A DNA stretch of 64,000 nucleotides, taken from the IMG/VR virus record IMGVR_UViG_3300011375_000006. One strand, written 5' to 3'. The stretch is from an uncultured virus (IMG/VR IMGVR_UViG_3300011375_000006). Its lineage: Duplodnaviria; Heunggongvirae; Uroviricota; Caudoviricetes. Below are positions 9,121 through 20,142 of the stretch, in pieces. The notes under the pieces are model-generated. The model did no database searches. It had not been told where the DNA came from and saw only the letters and a program-made list of their open reading frames with translations. Numbering within the stretch: the first letter of the stretch is position 1; every line of letters begins with the position of its first letter. The position numbers and the translations under genes were made by a program.

Positions 9121-9929
9121 CAGGTTATCACCTTAACCAGTTCCGTGACTGATTTTGAAAGGCCGTCAATTGCCGATGTCGCCGCGCCGTTTATTGCAGT
9201 TGTTGCAGTCTTGGTTACGTCCGAAATAGTGGTGGTAACTTTGGTGGCAATGTCAGAATAAGCGCTGGAAAAAGACTGTTTTAGCCCTGACAAAGCGCCG
9301 CTAACATCACTCTGGGTTGCATCCTTTGCTCCACCCTGAAGCGGTGGATTATTGGCAGCGCTGTCGCCTTTCTTTTTGTTATTACTGGTTGTATCCGTTT
9401 CTGCTGTCGTGCTGCTTACTTTTACCTCAGCCTCTTCAAGTACCGACTGAAATATCGCCTCTACAGTGAGCAGAGTCACATCCCTTTCCGATGTGCGATA
9501 GTTGTATCTGATGAGGTCGTATTTCTCATATGTTGTATCTGGCGTTTCGATGTCATACAACTTTGTGTCGTTAACCATGGAATCCAGCGCGGAAAGAATC
9601 CCGGTGCGACTTGTAAGAGAGAAATTGGTGATGTTGGGTAAAGCACCAGTAAACCCTGACAACCCCTCAAGAACGAACAACACCCGAATTAAGGGTGGCC
9701 GTTTTACCTTGTTGTACGAGGTGTAAGACCCCTTTTCTACAGGGGCATTTACTACTACTGCCTCCGCGCCATACTCAACGCCAAGAAATGATGTGGGGTT
9801 AATCGCCTTTCCACTACCGTCAGCGTAGTAAATACCATACCCCGGATACAGTACGCTGTTGATGACGGAGAATAACCCTCCGCCTTTTATCGCGTTAAGT
9901 AGCGTTGTTTCATTAATGGAAAATGCCAT
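9120..9929 (-). CDS. Tail tube initiator/baseplate protein
   Basis: APVEKGSYTSYNKV..P motif; directly after the tape measure gene. Confidence 0.6.
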   Translation of the reverse strand: MAFSINETTLLNAIKGGGLFSVINSVLYPGYGIYYADGSGKAINPTSFLGVEYGAEAVVVNAPVEKGSYTSYNKVKRPPLIRVLFVLEGLSGFTGALPNITNFSLTSRTGILSALDSMVNDTKLYDIETPDTTYEKYDLIRYNYRTSERDVTLLTVEAIFQSVLEEAEVKVSSTTAETDTTSNNKKKGDSAANNPPLQGGAKDATQSDVSGALSGLKQSFSSAYSDIATKVTTTISDVTKTATTAINGAATSAIDGLSKSVTELVKVIT

Positions 9930-9930
9930 G

Positions 9931-11781
9931 TCACTGACCTGTATTATATGCAGATACCAGGGCGTTACGCCGTACAGTTCGCTCAACGTCAGCACCAAGC
10001 GCATTAACACTGGAAGCGCTTGTTTGCATATTCATTTCACCAATGTGGATGTCGGTTTTATTGGAGACTCCCTGCATTGGCGAAGGAGTTACCCTGCTTG
10101 CCATTGCCTGAGAACCCAACTGGATTCCACCCAGGATATTTGTATCGCTAATATATTTTCCTGACTGACCATTTTCATGATCAATGATGCCGCGCATTAA
10201 GTTAAAAATGGTTTCCGTGTCCGACGAGTTAAGAATTTCGTCAGCGCCTTTCCCCAATTTTTTTGCTATCGCTGAAATATATGCCCCGGTGTCATTTTCA
10301 GACGATGGAGCATAAGTGTTAATGATTTCCCGTATTGTGTCCTTACCACGGCTGAAATAGAGCTGTAGCTGTTTATATAATGCAGCAATGCCCTGTTGCA
10401 TCGTTTCAAACACGGCAAACCTTCCGTTCGGTCCACCTTCTTTTGTCGCTCCGGCCTGCCCTACGTAATTGAGGTTACCAGGGTTGTTGTTTCTCAACCC
10501 TCTTGTTGTGGTCCCGTAAGCACCGTACGCATCATTCTCATGGGCGTTTCCTTTTTGGGTGCCGTAAGCGCCATACGTATTGTCGATGTCGTTAAAACCA
10601 AGACTTCTCCACCATTGCATGATTTTATCTGTAGGTGTGTTTCCGGATTCCTGGGAAGCCTTTTGCTTTTCAAGCATTTTATTAACAAGATACTCGCCTG
10701 TGCTTACTCCCTGCTTTTCGGCTTCTTTGTCAGCCTGCCCTAATTTATCCCAGGCACTGACAACGGCCATTGCTGCAATGACAGGACCGAAAGCCGCTGC
10801 CACCCGTCCGATCGCGCCAAGCATGCCCAAGGCCCAAGATCCGACAACAAAAGCCAGTAGGATTTTGAGTGCGTTTTCCCAACCTCCAACCGCTTCAGCC
10901 GCCCCTGAAATTTCAGTAGCGCACTTACTAAAGAATTCTTCAATTTGCGGCCCGTGATTGGTTATCCAGTTACCCAGTTGAATCAGTAGCGGTGGGATTT
11001 TCTCAAGATACGGCAGCATTGCTTTATAAAGCGTTTGACCGGCAGCTTCGAAGTTTCTTTTTAAAGTAACAAACTGAACGTTTAGCTTAGTTGCATCACC
11101 AACTAGTGACTCCGTGGCTTTTGATTGCTGCTCAAACAATCGTTGATTATTGAGGAATGACCCATTATTGAGAGCTTGTATGGTTGCGTTATCAAGATTT
11201 AAATCCTTACCAACCTTTCTTTGTGCGTCCTTGCTAAATTTATCCCAACCCTCAGCTAATTGCCTGAAAATGTCACCCGAGTTCATTTTATTCAGGTCAA
11301 ACCGCTTGCCAATTATTCCCTCAATCCCCCCTAACGTTTTAGTAAGAGGGTTATTCGAGATATCGCCACCACCACGAAACTCAGTAATCAGATCCTGAAA
11401 ATTCTGAAGAACTCCCACTATCTTTTCACCACTCGACCCTGCCGCCTCTGCCGCGCCGGTAAAGCCATCTAGCTCTTTAGCGGTCATATCGAGCGCTTTT
11501 GATGAAACGCCCAACTGAGTAAGGCTGCTGGTCATCTCAGTTACGAAGTTTTTAACTCCGTACAGGGAAAGGGACACGCCAGCAAGAGCAATGATTTCGT
11601 TTCGGATTGAGCCAAAAAAAGAAGCAGCCCTTTTACCGGCCGCCTCCATGTCTTTCGCTGTTCTTTCTGCATCATTTCTGGTGTCATCAAGACCGTCAGA
11701 AACTTCCTTCTGACCTTTCTTAAAGCCTGACGAATCAAGGCCCAGCGTGACGACCAGCGCGTCGATAATCGTTCCTGCCAT
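9931..11781 (-). CDS. Tape measure protein with C-terminal lysozyme-like domain
   Basis: IIDALVVTLGLD..GF N-terminus, hydrophobic segment, RGLRNNNPGNL...GRFAVF motif. Confidence 0.85.
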   Translation of the reverse strand: MAGTIIDALVVTLGLDSSGFKKGQKEVSDGLDDTRNDAERTAKDMEAAGKRAASFFGSIRNEIIALAGVSLSLYGVKNFVTEMTSSLTQLGVSSKALDMTAKELDGFTGAAEAAGSSGEKIVGVLQNFQDLITEFRGGGDISNNPLTKTLGGIEGIIGKRFDLNKMNSGDIFRQLAEGWDKFSKDAQRKVGKDLNLDNATIQALNNGSFLNNQRLFEQQSKATESLVGDATKLNVQFVTLKRNFEAAGQTLYKAMLPYLEKIPPLLIQLGNWITNHGPQIEEFFSKCATEISGAAEAVGGWENALKILLAFVVGSWALGMLGAIGRVAAAFGPVIAAMAVVSAWDKLGQADKEAEKQGVSTGEYLVNKMLEKQKASQESGNTPTDKIMQWWRSLGFNDIDNTYGAYGTQKGNAHENDAYGAYGTTTRGLRNNNPGNLNYVGQAGATKEGGPNGRFAVFETMQQGIAALYKQLQLYFSRGKDTIREIINTYAPSSENDTGAYISAIAKKLGKGADEILNSSDTETIFNLMRGIIDHENGQSGKYISDTNILGGIQLGSQAMASRVTPSPMQGVSNKTDIHIGEMNMQTSASSVNALGADVERTVRRNALVSAYNTGQ

Positions 11782-12020
11782 TAACGGGCCTCATTTGCTC
11801 TGTTGATGACCATTTTGTTGTAACTGTCCACCGTGGATATTTCGAGCAGCCACCACAAATCCTCAGTGCCAAGCGTCGTGCTCAGTTCTGTCAGTGTTGC
11901 CATGCCCGAGCTGAGCACAGTCGCTATGGTTTTGGGGACGTTGACATAATCAGCCAGGCCATGAACGGTATCGGTCATGACCGGGGGAATGTCTAACTGG
12001 CGGCGGCCTGAGAAAAACCC
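11781..12020 (-). CDS. Frameshifted extension (gpT-like) of the tail assembly chaperone
   Basis: The -1 frame from G-GGT-TTT (12020-12014) reads FSGRRQLDIPPV straight into ORF MTDTVHG. Confidence 0.7.
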   Translation of the reverse strand, partial: GFFSGRRQLDIPPVMTDTVHGLADYVNVPKTIATVLSSGMATLTELSTTLGTEDLWWLLEISTVDSYNKMVINRANEAR

Positions 12021-12397
12021 ACGTGTAGCTTGAACACCTCTGCGCGAAGTTTCAGGCGGGTGGAGACCTCTTCGATATCGCTGTCGACGAGAGAGCGCAC
12101 AATGTTGCGGTTTGAAGGGTCAGGGATGATTTTGACGCACTTCATCAGCTCATCCAGAAGCGGCTTTGCATCCAGCGGGTCAACTTTAGCCAACATGCCA
12201 AAACCGATACGCGCCATCTCATGCATACCCATATCAGCTATATTGTCCGGCACTTCAACACCGTTTTTAGCCATCGCAAGACCTGCACGGATAGCCCACC
12301 ACTCCGCCTCTGTGGCTGGCATCTCAGTAATGCGGAACAGCTTGCCAGTGTCGCGGTTATCGCCGTCTACTGAGTAGTCAATTTCTTTACGTGCCAT
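11993..12397 (-). CDS. Tail assembly chaperone (gpG-like)
   Basis: Lies between tube and tape measure genes; slippery heptamer near the 3' end. Confidence 0.8.
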   Translation of the reverse strand: MARKEIDYSVDGDNRDTGKLFRITEMPATEAEWWAIRAGLAMAKNGVEVPDNIADMGMHEMARIGFGMLAKVDPLDAKPLLDELMKCVKIIPDPSNRNIVRSLVDSDIEEVSTRLKLRAEVFKLHVGFSQAAAS

Positions 12398-12405
12398 GAT
12401 ATGCC

Positions 12406-12849
12406 TTATGCCTGGTAGTTTTCGCCAACAACATTTTCCCAGTCGATCTGGTATGTCGCCGCCTGCAATACGCGCTGAGCGTCGGGGATTGCCTTAACTC
12501 GCACCAGAACGCCGTTTGTGAGGGTATACTTGCGCCCGATAGCCGGAAGGATGATTGTCGCGTTACAGCGGAATACAGCCTTGGACGTTTGCGATGTTAA
12601 CTGCCATGTTTCAAAAACATCACGGCTCGGGCTGTCAGGCATGATGGTGATGGTCTGAAGGTACTGACCGAACACGAAGCCGCCAGATAGTTTACCGTCA
12701 GCGCCACGCACCGTTACCGCCATTTCGGTATCACCCAGGGCAAACATGGCATCCGCTGCGTACCCTTCCAGCGTCTGGGCGCTGGGGTAAAGGTTGGTCA
12801 CAGTGAGAGCGAAAATAGCGTCAGCACTGGTAATAGTATTTCCTGCCAT
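12406..12849 (-). CDS. Tail tube protein
   Basis: 147 aa directly after sheath; GADGKLSGG motif. Confidence 0.8.
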   Translation of the reverse strand: MAGNTITSADAIFALTVTNLYPSAQTLEGYAADAMFALGDTEMAVTVRGADGKLSGGFVFGQYLQTITIMPDSPSRDVFETWQLTSQTSKAVFRCNATIILPAIGRKYTLTNGVLVRVKAIPDAQRVLQAATYQIDWENVVGENYQA

Positions 12850-12860
12850 TTACTTGCTCC

Positions 12861-14339
12861 TTACTGGACCATGATGGATGCGAGGGTGATTTTCTGAACA
12901 CTGCCGCCGTCCGTGTAGTAGAAAGAACATCCCGGACGGATGCGGTCTGCTCGCTGTTGCGCCGTTGCTTTCGGGATATACAGATACCAACCCTTGGACA
13001 CAATCGACGCTGCCACATCCACCCCAACCGCATTCTTGATTTCATCGCGTTGTGATGCAGACAAATCAATGCCGGTACGGATTCCTCCAAACACTTTCCC
13101 TTGCTCGATGGTGTCAGCAAACGACGCTTCAATAGCAGCGTCGCCCCGGGTGTTATAGGGGAGAGATCGATTGGATTTAAACAGGTCAATCGCGTTTCGC
13201 ATCAGACGAGAGTTAAGCCAGATCTGGAAGCAGAAGCTGTCGAACCATTTAAAATCGCCGGTGATATTACCTTCAGCCCAGTACTGAGTATCAAAATCGT
13301 TGGCGGTGTACGCACCATAGAAGTTGTACCCATTGGCTTTAAGGGCAGTGCAATCGGCGCTGGATGTGACGTTTGCAACAAGGCCGGACTGCTCGCGATA
13401 TTTAAACGGGACGCGGCCTTCCTGACGATCAAAGTCGAGGCTGGCGGCATAACCCAGCGCAGAAGCTGCATAAGTCTGATCGCCGTAAACCGGCAGCACG
13501 TTCTGGTAGTTGTACGTCTCAATGAGCTTATAAGTCAGCGTTGACGTACTGCCCTGCACTTTAGCGTCAGCCTCATCGTAATGAGCAACATAACCAAAAC
13601 GGTAGTTTTCACTGTTTACCCAGGAGGAAAACGCCAGGTGCTGCGCTTCATCGCACTCAAACGAGGTGGTGAACAGCGCCCAGTTCTGGGTTTTATCCAG
13701 CACCGATACCATCAGGGAGGGAACATTAGCAATGTCTGCGCCCTGAGAGATGATGGCACCGGTAGCCGCAGTAAACCGCAGCGCTGTAGCCGCCGTGCCG
13801 GTTGCGTAGTTGATGGTGCTTGCCGCGCCGGTCGTGCTTGATTTGATGATGAATGCTTTTTGTACCGTGTCGTATACCACATCAACACCAGAACCCAGCG
13901 CCGTCTTAATGATTGTCGCGGCCTGCGCAAAGCTGGTTGCCGCCGTCAGGACGATATTGGTAGATGTCTTGACGGTTCCGTCTACGGTGAGGATCAGAGT
14001 TCCGCTGATGAGTTTTAACTGGTCAAGCGTCATGTCTGACAGCGAACCAGAGCGCAACCATGCTGATACAGCAGCTTCATTGAACTGCGCAAACAGCAGG
14101 GAACCAGGCTTTTTAGTGGAACCGTCATAGCCATTGAAATAGATGGCGGCCATGCCGTATTCGGTCGAAGTAAAGCCGAAATAACGACCAACGTCTTCTT
14201 TGTTCGCAAACGATGGAACACTACCCACCGGCGCATACTGACTGTCTGTTAAAACAAGACCGTTTAAATCTACCGCGCTACCGCCCGCAGGCAGTACCCC
14301 GGGGTTTATCTGCACATCTTCGCGCAAGGAAATTGCCAT
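12861..14339 (-). CDS. Tail sheath protein (DUF3383)
   Basis: 492 aa; NGYNFYG..., [11 protein letters not shown]-terminus. Confidence 0.85.
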   Translation of the reverse strand: MAISLREDVQINPGVLPAGGSAVDLNGLVLTDSQYAPVGSVPSFANKEDVGRYFGFTSTEYGMAAIYFNGYDGSTKKPGSLLFAQFNEAAVSAWLRSGSLSDMTLDQLKLISGTLILTVDGTVKTSTNIVLTAATSFAQAATIIKTALGSGVDVVYDTVQKAFIIKSSTTGAASTINYATGTAATALRFTAATGAIISQGADIANVPSLMVSVLDKTQNWALFTTSFECDEAQHLAFSSWVNSENYRFGYVAHYDEADAKVQGSTSTLTYKLIETYNYQNVLPVYGDQTYAASALGYAASLDFDRQEGRVPFKYREQSGLVANVTSSADCTALKANGYNFYGAYTANDFDTQYWAEGNITGDFKWFDSFCFQIWLNSRLMRNAIDLFKSNRSLPYNTRGDAAIEASFADTIEQGKVFGGIRTGIDLSASQRDEIKNAVGVDVAASIVSKGWYLYIPKATAQQRADRIRPGCSFYYTDGGSVQKITLASIMVQ

Positions 14340-14891
14340 TTATGGGCTCTCCGGTGGATATTTTAAATCTGCGGCGATAACGCCAACTGTGATGCTGTCA
14401 AAGAAATCCTGACGCGTGGAAACGTTCGGGTTGTATTGCCCGATAAAATCCATCGTCCAGCGGCTTTCGTATTGTTGCTCGCCGTTAATCATCGTTGTCT
14501 GATGCGGGTCGGAGCAGTAGAGAGGAATTAATGTGTTGCCGTTTTGCCTGAACCATTCACAGGCATATTCTGAGCGGATCAGCGTACCGATAATTGCAGC
14601 GTTATCCGCCGCGCTTTCTCCGTAGCAGTCAATCTGACAGGGCCACTGCGTACTACGGCTGGTTTGCTGAACACCTTCGCCATAGATGCCGTTATCAGCG
14701 TATCTGACGCGGTTGGTTGAAAGGCCGACCTGCCTCATGGGTGTCATGATAATGAAGTCACCCAGCGGCATTGGCGTAAGGTTCTGCTGCCCGTCCAGCA
14801 CGCTGTCTATCGTCAGTCCTGTTATATCCATCAGAAACGCCTGAAGCGGTATTAACAGGTCAATCTCTTTGATGTCGATAGTGGCGCTCAT
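14340..14891 (-). CDS. Tail terminator/neck protein
   Basis: QIDCYG, PLYCSDP, EQQYESRW; immediately before sheath. Confidence 0.7.
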   Translation of the reverse strand: MSATIDIKEIDLLIPLQAFLMDITGLTIDSVLDGQQNLTPMPLGDFIIMTPMRQVGLSTNRVRYADNGIYGEGVQQTSRSTQWPCQIDCYGESAADNAAIIGTLIRSEYACEWFRQNGNTLIPLYCSDPHQTTMINGEQQYESRWTMDFIGQYNPNVSTRQDFFDSITVGVIAADLKYPPESP

Positions 14892-15256
14892 GGTGACCTC
14901 TGGAGATTAACGATTACCCGGCACCAGTCCGGCCACAACTCCGCCACTTTCACGACCAGCCATTTGTCGTTACCGACCATGAGAATGTCGCCGCCTTTCT
15001 GCTCGGGCCGGTTCACACCATTGAAATTCCCGTTCAGATAAGCTGATCGCAAAATTCCCTGAATGTTGACCGCATCAATTTGCTTCAGGTCAGTGGATGA
15101 CAGTTCCTGAAACTGAACAGACACATCAACATTGTTGTAGGAAGGTACGCGCTTTCCGCCTGGTAAAGTGGTGAATCCGGTATTGACCTGAAAAATCCCA
15201 GCAACGTTCGGGTTAATCCTGCTGGTTAGTCCGTTTGCAATGCCTCTCAGATTCAT
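14888..15256 (-). CDS. Head closure/head-tail connector protein
   Basis: KGGD and WLVV.V.E.WPDW; synteny. Confidence 0.65.
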   Translation of the reverse strand: MNLRGIANGLTSRINPNVAGIFQVNTGFTTLPGGKRVPSYNNVDVSVQFQELSSTDLKQIDAVNIQGILRSAYLNGNFNGVNRPEQKGGDILMVGNDKWLVVKVAELWPDWCRVIVNLQRSP

Positions 15257-15708
15257 TCTTCACCGTCCCTGATATCGTAATCGACGCTGTTAAGCATGTG
15301 ACCGGTGTCAATCAGCGGCTTATCGAAACCTTTCTTCTCGATAGTCACCGGTGAAAGAGGAGGCTCCATTAACTCTCTGATTGATTGCTGCAACTGTCCT
15401 TTGATGTGCTCACCCATAAGGCCAAGGGTCTGCTCACCATCGAAGTCTGTAGCCTGCGCAATCCGACCAATGTCGTCAGGCCAGGTGTCTTTGTTGTCGG
15501 CAATCATGTTTCTGAAGAAAGGACGGGGAGGCTGGTTATTGGCTGGGTTTCCGAACTCGTTAGCAGCGGCTACCATCGCCACCTGCTGACCGTCCGGATA
15601 GGTTGCATTCTCAAGAAATCCAACCCGCAAAACCTTGCCTTCCCCCAGCTTTTCCGCCATTTCAGCAAGCTTTCGCTCAAGCGCATCACCACCACTGAAT
15701 GACGACAT
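15253..15708 (-). CDS. Neck/tail completion protein
   Basis: NEFG....PPRPFFR and KPLIDTG.M motifs; start at MSSFSGG with GGAGG RBS. Confidence 0.7.
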   Translation of the reverse strand: MSSFSGGDALERKLAEMAEKLGEGKVLRVGFLENATYPDGQQVAMVAAANEFGNPANNQPPRPFFRNMIADNKDTWPDDIGRIAQATDFDGEQTLGLMGEHIKGQLQQSIRELMEPPLSPVTIEKKGFDKPLIDTGHMLNSVDYDIRDGEE

Positions 15709-15710
15709 AG

Positions 15711-16154
15711 CTACCTCCGCCAGTTGGCCCTGCGATAGTAATGACCGGGATAGTTGGAAGGTGAAGCACCAGGCACGTAGCGAACGGTCCTGTAAGCGGC
15801 TGTGGCCTGCCAGTAAGCAGCGCCGTAAGGCGTTTGTAGATACCACCATGAAGCCTGGCTTTGCGGGACGTCAGCGAGGGATACAGAGACTGACCCCTCT
15901 GAGGCGCTCGCTACGCGCCCAACCAACCCGGAAGGTGCCTGACCGCCGACGCCAGAATTCATCGCGGCGATATGAGCAACCAGCATATTGAGATAAACAG
16001 CCCGGACATCAACATCCGTGACGGGGCTGCAATCGGTGTTGTTCAGGTAGACCGTTGCCTCTGCAAAGTATGCATTCAACAGGTCATCACTCACCGAGGC
16101 GAACTCGGGATAACGCGCCATGAACGCGTCAATGTCAAAGACAACGATCGCCAT
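15711..16154 (-). CDS. Head-tail adaptor (DUF4054)
   Basis: [27 protein letters not shown]. Confidence 0.8.
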   Translation of the reverse strand: MAIVVFDIDAFMARYPEFASVSDDLLNAYFAEATVYLNNTDCSPVTDVDVRAVYLNMLVAHIAAMNSGVGGQAPSGLVGRVASASEGSVSVSLADVPQSQASWWYLQTPYGAAYWQATAAYRTVRYVPGASPSNYPGHYYRRANWRR

Positions 16155-16480
16155 TATTTACCGTCCGCTTTTTCGATACCCGGCATCGGCTTGTCCTGCG
16201 GCAAACCTTCCAGACCGGAACGGCGATCGGCATTTTCTTTCGCTTTGGATTCGGCGCTGTTAGTTTTGGCCTGCGCGAATACAAGCTCGTTTTTCACATA
16301 CGCCTGGTCAGCGTGAATCTTCATCCACTTATCGAAAGCGTCCTTATCGACGTTCTCAGTCAGGCCGTAGCCACCGATGACGTTTGAGGAATTAGCGCCG
16401 TTCAGGACGACGCTGTAACCTTCCACTTCCAGCACAATGCCGTTAGGCAGTTTGCAGCCAACTACAACAACTTCAGCCAT
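16154..16480 (-). CDS. Conserved virion-associated protein
   Basis: [18 protein letters not shown]; follows the capsid gene. Confidence 0.55.
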   Translation of the reverse strand: MAEVVVVGCKLPNGIVLEVEGYSVVLNGANSSNVIGGYGLTENVDKDAFDKWMKIHADQAYVKNELVFAQAKTNSAESKAKENADRRSGLEGLPQDKPMPGIEKADGK

Positions 16481-16482
16481 GA

Positions 16483-17517
16483 TCAGACTCCCAACATAGT
16501 GGCAATTGCCAGCGGTTGACGGATGATTGCACCCCAGGTGCCACCGGATTTTTTCTGCTTCCAGGATGACTCTTCAGTCACCACAGCATGCGCACGCATT
16601 TTTTCAGTGAATGCGGCGTAGGCGGTGTCCTGCTCACCCAGACGGTCGGCAATCAACTGAACCATTTCACCGGCTGGCGTTGAGTACTCAACAGCGGTTT
16701 CAATTTTCAGGTTCGGGAAGTTTTTCTTCAGCAGATCGGTGACGTTGACGTTATACATATTCGTCTTCGCCAGGTTCACGGACATAGCCGGGGACATCGC
16801 CAGAGTCATGCTGGTATTCATATCCAGCAGACCTTTAGTCTGGGATACCAGTTGGCCGAAAAGCTTCAGGATGTCGTCATACACCGCCTGGCCGTCTTTG
16901 GTGTTCCAGGTCAGTGCGCTGCCGGTGCCGGTAGCGTTCGGCGAGATGGAGGCTGGCAAAGACGGATCGTTAAGCAGGCCGTAGTTCTGCAATCCCTGAA
17001 TACCGTAGAAATAGGATTTGTTCTGGAACTTGTTCAGCACCAGCGCAGAAGCCACGTTCAGTTCAGCCGCATAACCGATACGCGCAGCGCCGTACATATC
17101 CAGCTCACGCTCACCCCAGCGGGTATGGGTCTGGTAGTGGTAGGACTGGCGAGGAACCCAGTTAACGTTCGCCGCGGTCATGCCGTTGTTATTGTAATCG
17201 CCATAAGAGCTGACTTCACCGGCAGATTCCACGACCGGGAATTGCGCAGTAAGCGTTGTCCAGTCACCCTTTTTCACTTCGCCGATGATTTCAGCGGCTT
17301 TCATCGGGGTAACCAGAATGCGGATCAACTCAGGGTCAACGTAGTTGGTGAAGAATGCAGGCACGCCGGAGCTACCAGTGGTAACCATGGCCGGCTGGGC
17401 ATCCATTGCCAGCGCGAAGTTTTCGGCAAACTCCGGCTTCAGGTAGTCCTTCGCACCAGGCAAAATAATGCCGTATTTACCGCTAGCCGCGGCGTAGTGT
17501 TTCTGAAATTCGTTCAT
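16483..17517 (-). CDS. Major capsid protein (DUF2184-like)
   Basis: 344 aa; [23 protein letters not shown]. Confidence 0.85.
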   Translation of the reverse strand: MNEFQKHYAAASGKYGIILPGAKDYLKPEFAENFALAMDAQPAMVTTGSSGVPAFFTNYVDPELIRILVTPMKAAEIIGEVKKGDWTTLTAQFPVVESAGEVSSYGDYNNNGMTAANVNWVPRQSYHYQTHTRWGERELDMYGAARIGYAAELNVASALVLNKFQNKSYFYGIQGLQNYGLLNDPSLPASISPNATGTGSALTWNTKDGQAVYDDILKLFGQLVSQTKGLLDMNTSMTLAMSPAMSVNLAKTNMYNVNVTDLLKKNFPNLKIETAVEYSTPAGEMVQLIADRLGEQDTAYAAFTEKMRAHAVVTEESSWKQKKSGGTWGAIIRQPLAIATMLGV

Positions 17518-17996
17518 TACTTGCTCCAGGTGCTGATTTTGACAAGCTCGTTAGCGTCGCAGGCGCTAGCAGCATAGAAAGGCGTCTCAATCGCGCCAGA
17601 AATGGTTGCGCCAGCCGCGCCGGTTTTAACGGTGCCGTCAGCCAGGACAGCAAAGATTTTCTGACCGCGAGTTGCAGCGGTAGCGGTGCGGGCCCAGAAA
17701 TCGCCAGCAACCATCAGCGTGGTTTCACGGCCTTTCTGGATAACGTTTGATGCTGCGCCCAGCCAGTCGGTGATTACTGCCTGACCGTCACGATGAACGA
17801 AGCCAGCCGGAACGCCTGTGCCGGTGTTAGTTGCCACACCGTTAACGGCCCACGCGAAACGGCCAATGGTTACGCCGCCGTCGCCAGCCACAAGAGCCGC
17901 CTCGCCAGCCGCATACGTTGCGTGAGGATTGGTGCTTGCAAAGCCACCTTCGACGCCGGGAGCCGGGTATTGATTGATTACACTCTGAAAAGGCAT
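17517..17996 (-). CDS. Capsid cement/decoration protein
   Basis: PAPGVEG.FAS.NP, GRFAW, GDFW; lies between protease/scaffold and capsid genes. Confidence 0.7.
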   Translation of the reverse strand: MPFQSVINQYPAPGVEGGFASTNPHATYAAGEAALVAGDGGVTIGRFAWAVNGVATNTGTGVPAGFVHRDGQAVITDWLGAASNVIQKGRETTLMVAGDFWARTATAATRGQKIFAVLADGTVKTGAAGATISGAIETPFYAASACDANELVKISTWSK

Positions 17997-17997
17997 C

Positions 17998-19320
17998 TTA
18001 GAACCCTCGTTTCAGTTTGCCAGCGGTCGGGAAAGCCTTCTCGAAGTCGCCGAATGATGCGGAATCCTGTGCAATAGCAGGACGTGAATTTTCTTTCTGG
18101 CTGATCGCCATTTTGACCAGTGACGGGAACGCGGACGGGTGTACACCGTTGATGTCAACGCCTGACTGTTCCAGCGCGGTGCGATAAACGTCTTCAGCGG
18201 AGTCCATCGCTACCACGTCGCCAATCAGCGGGCGCACGGCCTGCTCGGCTTCGCGAACGGCGCGGAAGTTTTCTGCGGCTTTTTTGGTTGCGGCATCAGC
18301 AGCCAGACGGATAGCGGCATCCATTGCAGGTTTATCCACTTTGTCTTTCTCTTTGTCGTCTTTCTTGTCGTCGTCACTGTCTGCGTCCATCGCGGCAGCA
18401 GGGGCCAGAGACGCGGCGATTTTGGCGATCACTTCTTCAGACACACCAGCTTCACGCAGCAGAGAGATAATCGCTTCGTGGTCGCTGTCGCAGGTCACTT
18501 TTACTTCTTCTTCCGGTTCTACGGTCTGCTCGGATGCTTCGATGATTTCAACCAGCTCTTCCGGTTCAATCTCCATGTCAGCAGCAAGACGGGATTTGCA
18601 GAGTTTCGCCACGGCCTGTGCGATCGCTTGCGGCGATTTGTTTGCGTTCAGGATGGCGGTCAGTTCTTTGGGTGCTGCATCCTGAGCCAGACGCGGCTTC
18701 AGATACGCTCCCAGCGCGGCACGGATGGCAACGCCTTTGCGGTCTAACTTCATGTATTTAAGCTCCAGTGGGAGTGAATCAGCGACCAGTACGTCGCTAC
18801 CTGCGCGGCCTGTTTCGACCAGGGCAACGTGGTTTCCGACGATGTCACGCATGACGCCGTCATATTCCTCGCCGTCCGGTGTCGTGCCGGGTGTCATGTC
18901 AGCGACGTACTGATACGACGATGACAGTTCTTCTTGCTCCTCTGTCTCAATCCCGGCAATGGCGGAGTTGTCCCACACGGAAAGACCGTTAGTGAGATAA
19001 GTGCCGTCAAAGTCTGCATTTGAATGCGTTACCCCTACGCGGTATTCGCGGGGCGGGTCGCCGGGGAAATCAGGGGTGTGAATACAGAGAAGTGGAATGT
19101 TGTTGAATGTCGGTGCGGCTTTCTTCAGTTCTTCAGGGTGACGCCAGAGCCGGTATATCTTGTCAGGCTCCAGCCCCAGCGCTTCAGCGTTCGGAATTTC
19201 ACGCCCGTAGTAGGGGCACACATTGGCCTTGCTGATGTTGCTGATAGCTACCTGAAGACGACCAACTTTATCGAATGAGCGCACGGATGCGCGGTCAAAC
19301 GCTAACCGTTCGATAGTCAT
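17998..19320 (-). CDS. Prohead protease/scaffold (DUF2213)
   Basis: ELSSSY and GNHVALV..GRAG.DV motifs; acidic scaffold region. Confidence 0.85.
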   Translation of the reverse strand: MTIERLAFDRASVRSFDKVGRLQVAISNISKANVCPYYGREIPNAEALGLEPDKIYRLWRHPEELKKAAPTFNNIPLLCIHTPDFPGDPPREYRVGVTHSNADFDGTYLTNGLSVWDNSAIAGIETEEQEELSSSYQYVADMTPGTTPDGEEYDGVMRDIVGNHVALVETGRAGSDVLVADSLPLELKYMKLDRKGVAIRAALGAYLKPRLAQDAAPKELTAILNANKSPQAIAQAVAKLCKSRLAADMEIEPEELVEIIEASEQTVEPEEEVKVTCDSDHEAIISLLREAGVSEEVIAKIAASLAPAAAMDADSDDDKKDDKEKDKVDKPAMDAAIRLAADAATKKAAENFRAVREAEQAVRPLIGDVVAMDSAEDVYRTALEQSGVDINGVHPSAFPSLVKMAISQKENSRPAIAQDSASFGDFEKAFPTAGKLKRGF

Positions 19321-19332
19321 GTATGTTTCCGT

Positions 19333-20142
19333 TTAATTAAGACCAGGTATGACTGGAGACCATGTGCAGCGGCAGTTAATCTCTTCACCAGGAAGGGTCC
19401 ACTTACCGTCAAGATACATCCCCTTGCTCAGGTCGAACTCTTTCCCGTCTGCCTTAACATGGGAGGGTCGAGGCTCTTTACCTGCATGAGAATGACGCCA
19501 GATGCCTTTGGTGATGCCCAGCGATTGCTGCCTTGCTGTCTGCATGACAGACGTCGCTTTGTTGTTCTGGTCTCTGGCGATGAGAGCTGCGCGGCGGCGC
19601 GTGATGCCGTAGCGCTTTTCCAGTTCATCGGTCAGATATGCCAGGTCGCGCCCGCGAGACACGGAGCGCATGACCAGACCTTCCACCTGCGTCAGGTATT
19701 GCTCGGGGATGCTTTTAATCAGATTGACGTTTTCGGTGATGGTCGCCTGCAATGCGTTATTCATGGCTGGCGTCATTTTGAACTCAACCGTAAACCCGGC
19801 TGACTCCAGCGCGTTATATAGCGACACGTCTGAGTTATCCATGGCGTCACTGGTGAAGCGCCTGGCCAGTTTCGCGGCAATATTATCAAACCGCTTTTGC
19901 CATCGCCTGGCTAACTTTCTCATCGCATCACGCATAAACACAGCCGGGGATGCGTCCATAGCCACCGCCGCGCCGCTCGCTTTATAGTTTGCGGTTAGCC
20001 AGAACACCATGGATTTCTGCATCTCCCTGACCAGCTTATCCAGTTCCTTTCGATACCACGCTTCAACGCCTGCGTTAGGTCTCACCGGCCTTATCGTCTG
20101 GGTCGATTTCTTCGTCTTTTTCGAGGTCGATTTCGATTTCAT
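19333..20142 (-). CDS. Head morphogenesis/minor head protein (Mu gpF/SPP1 gp7-like); start uncertain
   Basis: [20 protein letters not shown]. Confidence 0.85.
   Translation of the reverse strand: MKSKSTSKKTKKSTQTIRPVRPNAGVEAWYRKELDKLVREMQKSMVFWLTANYKASGAAVAMDASPAVFMRDAMRKLARRWQKRFDNIAAKLARRFTSDAMDNSDVSLYNALESAGFTVEFKMTPAMNNALQATITENVNLIKSIPEQYLTQVEGLVMRSVSRGRDLAYLTDELEKRYGITRRRAALIARDQNNKATSVMQTARQQSLGITKGIWRHSHAGKEPRPSHVKADGKEFDLSKGMYLDGKWTLPGEEINCRCTWSPVIPGLN

Noticed and set aside
16852..17577. Long antisense ORFs (also 24440-25108, 21794-22369, 51673-52227, 61114-61815)
   Set aside because: They lie opposite well-supported phage genes and are best explained as codon-bias shadows.
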